From a virus (lineage: Duplodnaviria > Caudoviricetes), in the IMG/VR virus record IMGVR_UViG_3300012933_000371, positions 25,989 to 89,988 of that record: 64,000 nt of DNA; one strand, 5' to 3'. The notes beneath the pieces were generated by a model. That model made no database searches. It worked only from the letters and a program-made list of their open reading frames with translations, and was not told the origin of the DNA. Each line of letters begins with the position of its first letter. The first letter of the stretch is position 1. Both the position numbers and the translations under genes were made by a program. Shown piece by piece: positions 19,401 through 30,800 of this stretch.

Positions 19401-20756
19401 GGCATCAAAAGCTGCACCATTTGGCTGTGATAGCGTATAATTTACAACTTGAGGTGACGCACTAGTTTTAGTAGAAGTACATACTACTGCAAAAGCGTCA
19501 CCTTCATTTATCTCGCTGGCAGTTCTGGTTATAGTATAGTATGTAGCACTTTCTAGTATACTAAAACTATTAGAGCTACCTGTGATAAACCCGCCACCAA
19601 CTCTGGTAACGGTGCAGGTTACTACTTCCGTATTTTCTAACACAGAGTCATTATTAATAAGAGCTATAAAAGTGCCAGTTCCATTCGACCCTACGGTAAA
19701 CGTACCTTCTAAACTATTTGAAGAAAAGTCGCTTGCAGTTATTCCTGTTCCAGAGAGTACGTATCTTAATGTAGTTCCGCTAGCTATATTAGTAGTAGAA
19801 ACTGTACCTAAAATACCCGCTCCGAAAGCACCTTCGTTTACATTAGTTTCTCCGCTACCATATGCTCTTGATAAAGTTACACTATATGAAGCACTAGGCC
19901 AATTAACTGTACTTGTGTATGGGTCGTATGTAGTTTGGTTTATTGCTAAAGGTACAGCATAACATGCTGTAGGTAAGATTTGAACAATAAGATCGTATTG
20001 ATTTTTATTGTTAAAGAGCTTACTTCCTGTAAAGCTTAAAGTACCAGATCTTATTTCAGATTGTACTAGGGGTTGCCAAATGTATGTATTCTGGCTATTT
20101 CTGCCATAAAAGCCCATGTACTTATTTCTAGTAAAGGTTCCGTCGCCATTATTTACTAGTTCGTCAGATTCGATTTTTGGCAATAAAAATGCAGGGAGTT
20201 CAATAGCTCCTGCATAGCCTGATTTACTATTAGTGCTGCCAGGTGTTGACCAAAATTTATTATTATAAGTTTCTGATGGGTTGGCTGTGTTTATAATAGC
20301 CGAGTCTGAGGCTGTATCTATTTTTAAGTGTCTGTGATTAGTATCAAAAATACAACTACCAGAAGCATTGTTTATTCTAGCACCATATCCTGAAGTTAAT
20401 TGTGATAAGTACTCAGTATTAAAACAAAATATCTGAGGTATATCTGCACTAACAGGGCTGTACCCATTGCTTACTGCAGCATACACTACAATATTTTGGC
20501 CTGGAGTATAAGCAATTCCTTCTAAGCAATACGCTACTGATGTTATTGCGTTTGGAGGTAGATCCATGTATACAACGCCAGTACCAGACGGTGCAGTATA
20601 AGTTAGCTTGTATATAGTAAAATCTGTGATAGCATAGTCTGAAGACACCGTTACTGAGGCTAAGGTTGCATGGCCTTGAAACCACGGCTTTGTATACTCA
20701 TCATCAATAACTAGTTCATTACTGTTGTTATAGAATTTAAATCCATATGTGCTCAT
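16461..20756 (-). CDS. Large tail protein with about nine Calx-beta/Ig-like repeats
   Basis: Repeating ~95-100-aa units with (I/V)NEG, D.xTEG.ET and WTINDTS motifs. Confidence 0.7.
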   Translation of the reverse strand: MSTYGFKFYNNSNELVIDDEYTKPWFQGHATLASVTVSSDYAITDFTIYKLTYTAPSGTGVVYMDLPPNAITSVAYCLEGIAYTPGQNIVVYAAVSNGYSPVSADIPQIFCFNTEYLSQLTSGYGARINNASGSCIFDTNHRHLKIDTASDSAIINTANPSETYNNKFWSTPGSTNSKSGYAGAIELPAFLLPKIESDELVNNGDGTFTRNKYMGFYGRNSQNTYIWQPLVQSEIRSGTLSFTGSKLFNNKNQYDLIVQILPTACYAVPLAINQTTYDPYTSTVNWPSASYSVTLSRAYGSGETNVNEGAFGAGILGTVSTTNIASGTTLRYVLSGTGITASDFSSNSLEGTFTVGSNGTGTFIALINNDSVLENTEVVTCTVTRVGGGFITGSSNSFSILESATYYTITRTASEINEGDAFAVVCTSTKTSASPQVVNYTLSQPNGAAFDANDWTGTVALGSGASITTNRFTIPAGQLTAERTFTAAEDHRTDGDKTLRITLDDYTGTNTSHDIIVRDTSLEYTWALTGATSVNEGSTYTYSVTTNAPTGTRAEIRLVTPATADLYDIDQISGTTLVVGDRYYVSTTNGAGSFTIKIKADLVTEGQEYFTLALDRDDSTATRLATLTGSIYINDTSLTPEVWTLSKISGDPNTTDVKEGTTFLARVTSSGIPSYPKAAYYQFSGIGVTSGDIYSGTVSLTGTMSITSNSFDISIPIPDDYIYESDETVTLQIFADSGYSTPLTNAVSWTIHDALHAYASSYYLKEGNTITVTMESYGLAYPATIYGRMTGTGITASDFTSNSTDVAFTLTQAGTSTITIGAVADFISEDGETLTLTFYSDAGRSIRIGNTVIWTIADPVTYITKISAYPSTSSINEGEVLFYSITTELSVPRTLYVEVSGVGITGSDFYNGVSRYSVYLTSSTQNHLIGISGDSTTEGQETATMQVYYDANYTQPIGNSVSWTINDTSITPVPTYSFTRTPTTGNIDEGSTLTIGWDLTNIPSFPLLLYYTLTGTGITGDDVQDASNGVHYDLQRTFNFDGPTGSLPVRMVEDMLLEGAETATLTLYTTSARTTQAGNSLTWTINDTSKPTYTVAAFSSINEGGTGSCFVYTTGVPVGTTLYWTINNISTSNSDFSATSGSFTTVSGQFYNGIFDITTTADLTTEGSETFNVSIRTGSTSGPVVATSATATINDTSTFPTFTFTSAPATVSEGGSFTVSWSIANFVQKTLYYKITGSGITTGDTDIPGLSGSTTFTTATGTSTFNVTADHLTEGTETLTATWYKFSDFTSQVGNSVSWNISDTSINYPAYGTFNSSYCSGTTLVTVYNDGSGGTYSVSSPNNAGCGYIAPPTITASAPTVTSNQIVVNWSSSRATSVTASQYITQPMALNGSQTFNTTNNGFRGASFSIVFTATGAGGSATYTLNVGPVP

Positions 20757-21136
20757 GTTAATAGTACCGTTATAGGTGTATCCCGTCTTACAAACCCATG
20801 GGTTGCTAAAGAAGGTGTAAAGTCAGACGTACTAAAATAAGCGATACGCGCATAATTTACAGTACTAAAGCCTGAGTAAGATATGTTAGGTTGTAAAACC
20901 TTGTAATAGGTATCTCCAGAAGTAAGCGGTATTACTTTTATATTTCTATTAGGATAATCGCTATAATTAATTATATCGGGTGCAGTAATAGAAGCATTTG
21001 AATTTAAAGATATACCTGTGCCAGTTATATAGCTTCCATCGGCTTTTTTATGTTTATTTATAACTACTCCGCCAAAGGAGTCAGAATCAAATTCTGTACC
21101 TCCATCGGCGTTTAATACTTTCATTCCATATGCCAT
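20753..21136 (-). CDS. Tail tip small protein
   Basis: MAYGMKVLNADGGTEFDS N-terminus typical of tail-tip collar proteins; similar N-terminus in 16461-20756. Confidence 0.5.
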   Translation of the reverse strand: MAYGMKVLNADGGTEFDSDSFGGVVINKHKKADGSYITGTGISLNSNASITAPDIINYSDYPNRNIKVIPLTSGDTYYKVLQPNISYSGFSTVNYARIAYFSTSDFTPSLATHGFVRRDTPITVLLT

Positions 21137-21145
21137 TTAATATCC

Positions 21146-23230
21146 TTATGGTAACACACCTATAATAACTCTAGGAGTTGTACCGCTGTATACTTTGATA
21201 CCGTTGCTATCTATTCGGGTTCCATTTGAGGAAACTCCAGAAGCTACTAAAGCTTCTGCTGCTAAGGTTCCGTTAACTACTGCTGAGCCGTCAACATAAA
21301 GTGTTACATAGCTCCATACGTTACCGCTGAATAAGTAAGTATTAGAATAACCTGAGCCATATAATATTACTCTGTCGCCATTTCTAGGAACCTGATCTGC
21401 TGCAAGACTATAAGCTGAATTTATAGCGTTTTGACATTGCGTATAAACATTGCTGCCAAAGGCATAGTTAGTACTTTTAGCAGAACTAACATCAGCACCT
21501 GAACTGTATGATAACACTACTGAACCTCGTGGACCGTTTGTGCCGTTAACATAGTCTGTACCGTATTGTGGGGTATATCCTGCAATAGACTTAGAGAAGT
21601 TTTGGTACTTAGTGAAGCTTTGTGATGTTCCGTCTAGAGATCTTACTTCTATAACATAAGCAACTTGGGATACTGCTGCTGACTCTGACATTGCAGTGTG
21701 AGCACCAAATACAACAGTGGTAGTGCCTGCACCAGTAGGCGTACTTGGAGTAATGTTAGTACCTACAGCGGTTACTCTAAAAGTACCATTTGAAGCTAAG
21801 CTACCGTTTTGAGTTAAGTAAGTTATGCCTTCTATTACTCGGATACTAGTACCAGTATTACTATAAGAAGTTACTACACCATTATTACTGGCAGTTACTG
21901 ACTGTGAAGGATTATTAAGCTCTACATTTATAGTATTGGTTCCGGCTTTGTAGCCTCCAATGGCTATAGAGTCCTCAGCAACTATGGTGCCTGTGGAGCT
22001 TTGTTCGCGTACTTTTACAGTTACGGAATCAGGCATATTAGCATAGCTGGCTGTTGGGGTATAAGTAAAAGTATTTGATGTAGTGTTTTGTGTAGTAGCA
22101 CTATTTTTTACTGTAAACTCGTAGTATAGCGTACCGGTTGTATTATATGCTGTTGCTATAATACTTGCTGTAGCTGAGGGGCCTAATAAGGTATCATCCC
22201 CTTTATAAGTAAAACCAGGAACATCTGTTGACAGTGAAACTGTTCTGCCTGATACTCCAACACTTCCAGACTTAGCTTTAGTTATACTATATGTAGTAGT
22301 ATAGGTAACAGTATTATAGACTGCAGTTAAACTAAACTCTTCGCTATCTGTGTTCCAAGAATCGCCTGTTAGTGTTATAGCACCTGTAGAAGTATTTACA
22401 GCTAGTGTAAGCCCGTTTTTAGTTGTAGTAGCTGGTCCATATACTACATTAGATGCTAGGATTGCTGAGCCTTTGTATAATCTAACATTATTACCTGTTG
22501 GTAAGCTATAAGTTGTTCCGGCTTGATTAGAGGCTATAACATTAACTGGACTAATTAAGCTTATAACTAAGGGGGCGGCAGCTGCTTTTAGTTTATTTAT
22601 AGATAGAGTTTTAGTCTGTGTAGGGTAACCAGATTTATTAGCAGATATTGTAATTGTAGCACTATCAGTAGTTAAACTATCAATAACTATAGAACTACCC
22701 GTTCCTGAAACGGTAGCTGTACCGCTTGTTACATTTTTTGTAAAAATCCAATTTGAGGTATCGTCATTGTTACCAACGGATACTGATATCGTAGCATTTG
22801 CATTAGTGTAGACCGCGTTTAAGCCGTCTTCATCAGTAGGTATATTTAGGGTATCTGAAGAAAGTCCGAGTACTACCACATCATTAATTTTTGTAATTGT
22901 GGATTTCGCAGTATAAGTTGCACCTAGATAATCCATGGTAGCCGTAACTACAATGCTATCTGTGGTCATATTAGCGGGGGTTAGCGTACAAGCATTATCA
23001 GTTATATTTGTTAGGGTAGCTGTGCCACTAGTAACTGTAAAAGTTACTGCACCTGCTAAATATCCAGCAGTATTGGCAGTAATTGTATAAGATGCAGGAG
23101 TTACTCCAGTATTTGTAGTCTTGAATATACCGCTTGCTGGAGTTAAATAAATATAATTACTGCCAACTGGCTCTAAACGAACACTAGCTGCTTGTAATAT
23201 GATATCTCTGTCGTTGATAATTGTTGCCAT
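21146..23230 (-). CDS. Central tail fibre / tail tip protein
   Basis: Ser/Thr-rich Ig-like repeats and C-terminal VDGSAVVNGTLAAEAL...RVIIG trimerisation-type motif; follows the hub gene. Confidence 0.6.
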   Translation of the reverse strand: MATIINDRDIILQAASVRLEPVGSNYIYLTPASGIFKTTNTGVTPASYTITANTAGYLAGAVTFTVTSGTATLTNITDNACTLTPANMTTDSIVVTATMDYLGATYTAKSTITKINDVVVLGLSSDTLNIPTDEDGLNAVYTNANATISVSVGNNDDTSNWIFTKNVTSGTATVSGTGSSIVIDSLTTDSATITISANKSGYPTQTKTLSINKLKAAAAPLVISLISPVNVIASNQAGTTYSLPTGNNVRLYKGSAILASNVVYGPATTTKNGLTLAVNTSTGAITLTGDSWNTDSEEFSLTAVYNTVTYTTTYSITKAKSGSVGVSGRTVSLSTDVPGFTYKGDDTLLGPSATASIIATAYNTTGTLYYEFTVKNSATTQNTTSNTFTYTPTASYANMPDSVTVKVREQSSTGTIVAEDSIAIGGYKAGTNTINVELNNPSQSVTASNNGVVTSYSNTGTSIRVIEGITYLTQNGSLASNGTFRVTAVGTNITPSTPTGAGTTTVVFGAHTAMSESAAVSQVAYVIEVRSLDGTSQSFTKYQNFSKSIAGYTPQYGTDYVNGTNGPRGSVVLSYSSGADVSSAKSTNYAFGSNVYTQCQNAINSAYSLAADQVPRNGDRVILYGSGYSNTYLFSGNVWSYVTLYVDGSAVVNGTLAAEALVASGVSSNGTRIDSNGIKVYSGTTPRVIIGVLP

Positions 23231-24756
23231 TATACTAATACCTCCATATCAACATAACCAGTATCCCAGTTTGATGAGATAGATACTATCTGAGCGGCTG
23301 CCCCATTCGATAAGCCAAAACGTCTATGTGTTAATGTTATCATATCGCCTAATTTTAGTCCCATGAATTTACTGGTACAAGTAAATTTATATATGTACCT
23401 AGGTACTTTTCGTAAGTTAACTAATCTGGTAGCTTCTGCGGTAATGTCGCCAGTTGCATCGCTAAGCATAAGAGTGTCTTTTTGATCTGGAGTTGCAGTA
23501 TGCTTGTACAAAGTCTGTGTGGCTGTGTCGGTAACAGTTTTTGATAGCCATTCTAATGCAAATAGCTCTTTGTGAGCGCTAGGAATTCCTGTTAGTAGTT
23601 TATCTTCTACAGTATAATTTTTACAGTAGCCCAACTTTACGCTACTTAGTACTTCAGGCTTAGATACAATACTTAAGCTATACTGAACGATGTATTCGTC
23701 AGTTATATTTTGTGAACCAGTAGTAGGGATATCAATCTTTAATAAACGTAACAAACCTTCTTTGGTAGTAGTTAGTTGTGCGCCAATACCTGAAGCTAGC
23801 TGTGCACATACATCTAGTACGTTTTGCTTAGTATTAACATAAATACCTACTTTTTGCTGATTAGCAGTATCAAAATCTGAGAAGTTTGTTAAGTCGAAAT
23901 CGTCGTCAGTAAATGTACCAGTTAACGAAGGCTTGCCAAAATCTTTTACAATACGTTTAATTATGGTAGCTACAGTATTATTATAAGTTGTATCTTTATC
24001 ACCTTGTACACTACAAGTAATAGTTCCTGCAGGATTCTTTATTAAAGTAAAAGTTCCTGCGGCGAGATCTACTGTGTAACCTGTTACAGGTTGTAGCGGT
24101 ACACCGTTATCTCGTACTTCAATAATTGCTTCTATTGGGCCATTATTAACCATGTACTTAGGACCAAATAAAGTAGCTGAGTCCATTAACAGTGGCTGAA
24201 TGTTAAATACTTCACCAAACACCAAAGGCAATATTTGTTCTTTGTTTGGATTATCCGATCCTGCATTGCCATATGGTCCTAGTACTGTATCAGTAATAGG
24301 TATATTCAATCTTTGTAATTTATCACGTAACTGTAAGTTAATAGAGTCCTTATCACTAGAAGCTACTTCGGCTACGATGCCGCTGAATATCTTTGTAAAA
24401 TTATCGCGCGTGTATTTTACGTCACCTATCCATATATCAATAGTACGACCTACCCATACATACTGTAAAGCTTCGTCATATTCACCATTGTAGTTGTTTA
24501 ACGAAATATCTCCATAATTAAGAGCAGCAGTACCTTCTAGGTTTAAACTTTCTGTGAAACTTACTGCTGTTTTTAATATTGGTAAATACGCAGTATTTGC
24601 AGGAGTATCTGTAGGCCCTGTTACGTAAGGGCGATTACTAAAGTATAAAGTCGTATCTGTGCCGTTAATGTTAGCTACAACCTCTACTAACATACAGCGG
24701 ATCGCTGACGGATTTTCTAACCAATCTTGGAATTCTTGTGCGCTTAGTGCCATCAT
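23230..24756 (-). CDS. Baseplate hub (Tal-like) protein
   Basis: Directly after the tape measure; PLVFGEVFNIQP and LKLGDMITLTHRRFGL motifs. Confidence 0.65.
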   Translation of the reverse strand: MMALSAQEFQDWLENPSAIRCMLVEVVANINGTDTTLYFSNRPYVTGPTDTPANTAYLPILKTAVSFTESLNLEGTAALNYGDISLNNYNGEYDEALQYVWVGRTIDIWIGDVKYTRDNFTKIFSGIVAEVASSDKDSINLQLRDKLQRLNIPITDTVLGPYGNAGSDNPNKEQILPLVFGEVFNIQPLLMDSATLFGPKYMVNNGPIEAIIEVRDNGVPLQPVTGYTVDLAAGTFTLIKNPAGTITCSVQGDKDTTYNNTVATIIKRIVKDFGKPSLTGTFTDDDFDLTNFSDFDTANQQKVGIYVNTKQNVLDVCAQLASGIGAQLTTTKEGLLRLLKIDIPTTGSQNITDEYIVQYSLSIVSKPEVLSSVKLGYCKNYTVEDKLLTGIPSAHKELFALEWLSKTVTDTATQTLYKHTATPDQKDTLMLSDATGDITAEATRLVNLRKVPRYIYKFTCTSKFMGLKLGDMITLTHRRFGLSNGAAAQIVSISSNWDTGYVDMEVLV

Positions 24757-24796
24757 TTATCCTTTTCACTATTTTTTAATGGACTATGTAATCCAT

Positions 24797-24830
24797 TAAA
24801 AAATAGTACCCGCTTGCGCGGGGACTATCT
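24797..24830 (-). terminator. Intrinsic terminator after the tape measure gene
   Basis: ATAGTACCCGC-TTGC-GCGGGACTAT hairpin with an adjacent A/T run. Confidence 0.65.
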
Positions 24831-24831
24831 C

Positions 24832-27800
24832 TTAGTTCAACTTAACGTTTTGGCGTACTGTGTTGGACCAATTTTGTTTAGTAACAAATTCTGCTACTGT
24901 ATTAGCCATCTCGGTAGCAGCTTGATTACTAGAATCATAAGTTGCCATAACAAGTTGACCTGTTTCATTACTTTGCTGCTTACGAAGCTCTTGAACTTCT
25001 TGACGCAATTGACGTAACTCACTTACCATTGCACCCATTTGGTTTGTACCATTAAACATACCGTTGGTTTGTTCTGCGGTATAAACTCTGCCTGGGTTAC
25101 TAAAGTCAATAAGCTCTGGGCCTTTTTCGCCTACTAGTGACATACCAGAAGCATAACCACCTTTAGCGTACATTGGAACTGTTAGACCAGATCTAGCTAA
25201 AAACTCAGTTACTGTTTCAATAGGTATCTGAAGAGCTGTTGCAATATCAGTTTGAGATACTTGAGAACTAATAGCTGCTGCAGCTATTGTCTTCATCTTA
25301 TCATCAACAGATACGTCAGGCTGATCAGTTACACCTTTAGAGTATGTTTTAATATCAGCATAGAATTGTGCAGGAGTCTTACCAGCTGCAGCATATCTCT
25401 TAAATCCGCCAGATTGAGTTAAGTCGTCTAGCGGACTAGTATTAAGACTGTTAGTAGCAGGTATTTTTGCAGCATTAGCTGTAGCTGTTGCTGTGGCTAG
25501 TGCAGTAATTGCATCTGCGACACTTGTAATACCTGTATTAATTCCGCTTAATAAGTCAATCTGAGTATTTGCTGCAACTAATGTTAGCTCGGCCGTACTT
25601 ATCTGACTAGACAGCGTACTTGCTGTAGAAGTTAAAGCACTCTGAATATAGTTGAAGTCGCTGGTATACTGTGCACTACTTGCATTGTAGACTTTACTTG
25701 CGTCCAAGAAGGCTGTAGAAGATGACTCTAATTGACTTAGTGCCGTTTCTTTTGCTTTTTGCTCTTCTGGTGTAGCTGCTACACCGGTAGCTGTTGCAAA
25801 TATCGCATCAAACTGTTTCTTACTCTCAGCGTACTTTTCAGCAGCAGTTAATGGAGAAAGTTGTCCAACTAATAACGAATCCTTAAACTTAGTAATGCTA
25901 GTTAAGTAACCTTTCATAGCAGTAATACTAGATTCTAATGTGTTCTTTTCAGTTTGGCGTAATTTTAATAACACAGATTCTGCGTCTTTTACGTCTTCTA
26001 AAGCGAACACATATTTCTGTAAAGCTACTAGCCTAGGATCAGTCTCCGCTAAGGTTGCACCTCTTTGTATAGTCTTTAAAGTACCTGTTTGACCAGTTAA
26101 CTCTAAAGTTTTATTTACTAAGGCGTCTCTATTGGAAGCGAAATCTTCTAGTCCAGTATAGAAAGCATCTAGTGAATCTACAATAGAAATAATTGCTGCT
26201 GCACTCTTAGGGGCTGTTGTTGTTAGAGCAGTTACTAAAGTATACACAGCATCTCTGGTTTTAGGTATTTGGATACCAAGAGTACTAAATGTTTCTCTTA
26301 CTTTATCTGCACTTATTGCTGATTTGGCTGCTTGCGTACCAAAGTTTTCAAGGAAACTAGCTATTGAGTTAGTAAATCTATCTAAGCCTCCGGCCGCTGT
26401 TACGGTAGCTGCTGATAAGAAATCTGCTGAAATACCCATTGCTACAAGAGTATCTCGCACAGTATCAAGAGCCGTATAAGCGTCCAGAATATCTCTAGCA
26501 GAGCCGTCGAAATTATCTATTACTTGCTTTATTAGGCTTTGAGTTTCTGAAGCAGAAATAGTTTGTCTAACAATTTCTGCAGCTACATCACCTTGCTTAT
26601 TAAGAATATCTGTATATTTAATAGCTGTTTTATTGATAGTTACTAATACTGCATTAGCTTCTTCAACTCCTGCAGCTACTCGGAATAAAGCTTCTGAGTA
26701 CCCACTACCAACTTTAACAAAGGCATCTAATCCAGGTATAACAGATTCTGCTACTTTATCAGTTACAGCACTAAATACGTTATTTAGTCTTTCTAGTACT
26801 TCAGTTTGACTTAAGCCAGATAAGTTAATCTTTCCAATATTTACTACATATTTTTCGATTGCAGAGGCTACTGCTACGCTATCGGCCCCTAAGGCTGTAG
26901 TGGCACTTTTAACCGCTCCAGAAATTCCTTCAAAAACTCGAGTAAGCTGTAAGGCAGCTTCTTTTTCAAGTGGAGTAACTTTAGTTGAGCTAGAACTGCT
27001 ATATGTTATTCCAAGGGCGCTCGATTTAGAACTAACGTCTGCATAGTATCCAGCACTAATACCGCCTTCAGTAATGGCTTTTAGTGATTGGGGATTAATT
27101 AAAATACCTTGACCAGTAACGCTAGAACTGCTGCCGAATCCGAATACTTTACCTACCTTGTTAACTAAGTTTCCAACTAATGGTATTGAACCTACAAAGC
27201 TAGTGATTACTTTATCTAAGCTACTGATTCCGGTATAGTTAATCCAGTTTTGATTAGTTGCACCTAATTTGCTTTCTGCAATATTATCTGCTACACCTAC
27301 TACTCTAAACAATGAAGTACCAAGAGCACCAATATTACTATCAATGCTGCGTAAATATTTAACCATATTTCCGCTGTGTTGCATAGTTATTACATCAACA
27401 TCTTTTAAAGCACTAATACTTTTAGCAATAGATTCGCTTTTAGCGTTTGGATCTCCTAGTATAGTGCCCTTACCTTCTGATAATGCCGAAGGTACAGTGG
27501 CTCCGCCACCTTTTCCAAAACCAGTTAAATTAGTAGCAATATATGCTCCAGCTGCGGCCGCCATCCAAGGACCCATTGCACCCCAGCTAGCGTAAATTTC
27601 TGCAATATACGCAGGCATACGAGCAGCTACACCAGCAAAAGTTATTCCAGTACTAGAGGCTTCTGCGCCTGCTTTTACTGTAACACCCATAATAGCATTA
27701 CCAATTTTAAATGCTAATTCTTTAGCATCCATCGCTAGTCTATATATGTGAGCAGCTTTTTCTACTTTGTCTAGTGTTTTATACGCAAGAGTCTTTTCAT

Positions 27801-30800
27801 TAAATAATTTCTTTGTAGAACCAGCAATTTTCGCTGTAGATTGAAGTTCGAAATTAGTGCGTTCACGAGCATTTTTATCTGCTTGCTCAGTATACTTTTC
27901 GGAACCTATCTCTAGTCCCTTCATATTATCTTTATGAGCAGACGTCATAGCTTTAGAGCTAATGGCGTATTCTGTTATAGAACCTACTGCATTGCCTATG
28001 CTTGTACCTAGTGTGCCAAAAACTGCGGTTAAGCTTTCTGTCATTGTTTTAACACCAGCAAGAGCATTTTTCTGCTCATTGATAGCGGCATTAAGTTCTT
28101 GCTGTTTAGTTTTTTGTGCTTCTAGGCCCGCAACTGCTGACTCAGAGTCTGCCTTTATTTTCTCAGCACCAGATGTATCACCTTTTGCTGCGTATTCGGC
28201 TGCTTTAGTTGTGGCTAAAGATCTAACTTCTGCAATTGCTTGTGCTGTGCGTAATTCTTCTTTGGTGTTTTCTGTTTTTAACAGAGAGTTATTATATTCT
28301 CGTTCGGAGATACCGCCCAAAGTAAGATAAGTATCTAATAAGCGCTTTTCAGTTGTAGACTTAGCAGTAAATGCATCTAAATCTTGTTTAGCTTGTAAAC
28401 GTCCTAATTTTAAAACATTAGAAGTTTTTAATGTATCTAAATCAGTTTCAGCTTTCTTCTTAGCTTCAACTGCAGCTAAGTACTGTTGGTTACTAGATAG
28501 TTGAGCTTCTGAGTTATTCTTTTGTGACGCAGTAATTAGTTCATTAGCTATTAGTACTTTAGAATTAATAGCTGCGTATTCAGCTAAATATGTATTTAGT
28601 TGGTTTGCAATCTCTAATTCATTTTTTCTCTTATACAACATTTCGTCATACATTGAGGATAAAGTAATAGTACTGTTAATAGAATCTAATTCTATATTAT
28701 TTCTAGCAGTTGCTTGATCTAAGGAACGCTTAGTAGTTTGTGCAGATTCATTAATAGTAGCTGCCATTGTTTGTAAACTATTAGCAGTTTGAGCACCTAC
28801 TAGTTTAGCTAGTTGGCCTTCCATTGTAAACATCTGAGCTATTACTGGACCTAGATTCTTTAAGGCTTCTCTTGTAATCTCGGACATTGAACCAGATTTG
28901 GAAGCTTCTTCGGACATAGCACCTTTAATGCCTTTTGTACCTGCTCCTGTTAATCTGCGCTCTTCGTTAATTACATCTAATCTACGTTGTGCATCAGCAG
29001 CTTGTGTTAAATACTTATCTATAACTACTGGGCCTGTAGCAGTTTTAAGTGATTCGGCTGCGTCTCTTAAATCGTCTTTTGCTGTTTTTTCTGCTAAAGC
29101 ACGAGTATTTTCTTGTATAGCAGTAATGTGCGAATACGTTGCTTTAACGTTTTCCATCTGTATACTAATTTCTCTGGCACGTAACTTGCCTTCTTCTGCA
29201 GCAGTTTCTCCGCCTATGCCTTTTAATACCGATAGGTATCCTTTTGCAGCAGCTATTCCACCTTCTTCAAAAGCACCCTTTAAACTAACTGTTAGTTTAT
29301 CGATACCGGCTTTGAATACTACTTTATCCAGTTCTGCAAAATTAGCTGTGGCTTTTTCTGCTGACTCTGTAAGATTTTTTCTAGTAGCTTCTAGTGCAAC
29401 TAAGGTTCCTTCTACTAAAGCAGCTTCTTCGGTTAGTACCTCTTCTGCTAAGTTTCTGTACCCTTCTAGGGCAGATCCTGCTACTTTTGTTTTATAAGTA
29501 CCTTTTGCCTTTAAGGCCTCTATCGATTTTTCTGCTTCTAATCTTGCTTTTTCTGTTCCGCCAAGCTGCTCATTAATTGACTGTAGTTCTTTTTTAGCCG
29601 CTTGTAGTTGTACTACAGTATCTTTTGGTAATAAAGATAATACTTCATTGTTCTTAATGATTTCATTTAAAGTATTAAGCGCTTCAATAGGTCCCGCCTT
29701 TAACGCATCGCTAATAGCTACGCTATTAGATACCAAGCTAGCACCTGTTTTGCCGAAAACATCTTTTGGGGATAGTTCTGCTATTGCAGTTTGTACTGTC
29801 TTTGAAGTTTCTGCAAAAGACGTTTTTAATCCTGTTAATACGCTGGCAGTATTGTTGGCTTCTCTAGAAATATCTGATAAGGCGCTAGCTATTAGCTTAC
29901 CTTTTTCTGCTATCTCTGCGTCTGTTAAATTACGTAGAGATTTTTCAATAGACTTGAAATTTTCAATATCTACTGAATCGCCAATAATATTTTCTAGCTT
30001 TTTCTGCGCTGCTTTCTTTGCAGGGCCTTCTTGCATAAGATTAATACTGCTAGTAACGGCTTTGGCTAAGTTTGTAGATAGTACATCTGCTGTGCCTTTA
30101 CCAAAAACATCAAAGAATACGTCTTTTAGTTTATCCCATCCACTAGTAGCCTTAGTTAGTTCTACGAAACTAGTAACAGTGCTAGTAGCTGCGGTAGTTA
30201 ACTCATTAAAGGCATTAGCTCTGGCTTGTATAGAGTCTATGCTTAGTACATCAAATGGCGACTTAGATGCGATAACATCCATAGTTCTTGAAACATTGTC
30301 AAAAGACGCTGAAAGTGTATCTATATTTTTATTGTACTTTTCTACTTGCTTAGCGTTATTAGATAGTAACGAATCAAGTATTGCAAAAGCAGCAGTTGCA
30401 ATCGCTACGTACATTCCGTATACATTTAGTAAATTACTAAGATATGTGGTGGCAATACTTGCCGCACCTTGTACGTATGTAAGAGTTTTTGCTAGTGGGC
30501 CAACGTTCATTTTTGATACGTCTGTACCTAGTTGTCCAAAAGCAATTTTAGGGCCATATATGGCAGCATTATCTGCGGCCATAGATAGTACGTGAGCTTT
30601 GGATTCTGCACGTTCCATAGCTTGTTGCTTTTTGCGCATCAAGGTTTGATGTGCGTACCATTTTTCATCGCTGGCTTCGTGTATTTCTTGAGCGGCTGCC
30701 CCTGCTTCTTTTGCTTCTGCACGAATAGCACTTATTCTTAGTTCACGCTTTGAAAGCTTATCATGTTGTAGCTTTTCGTCAGCAGTAGCTGAGCCTGCAT

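Noticed and set aside
27269-30595. Long + strand ORFs (up to 315 aa) inside the tape measure gene
   Set aside because: Antisense shadows expected from the codon bias of the real gene; no motifs. The same applies to those in fibre, terminase and capsid genes.
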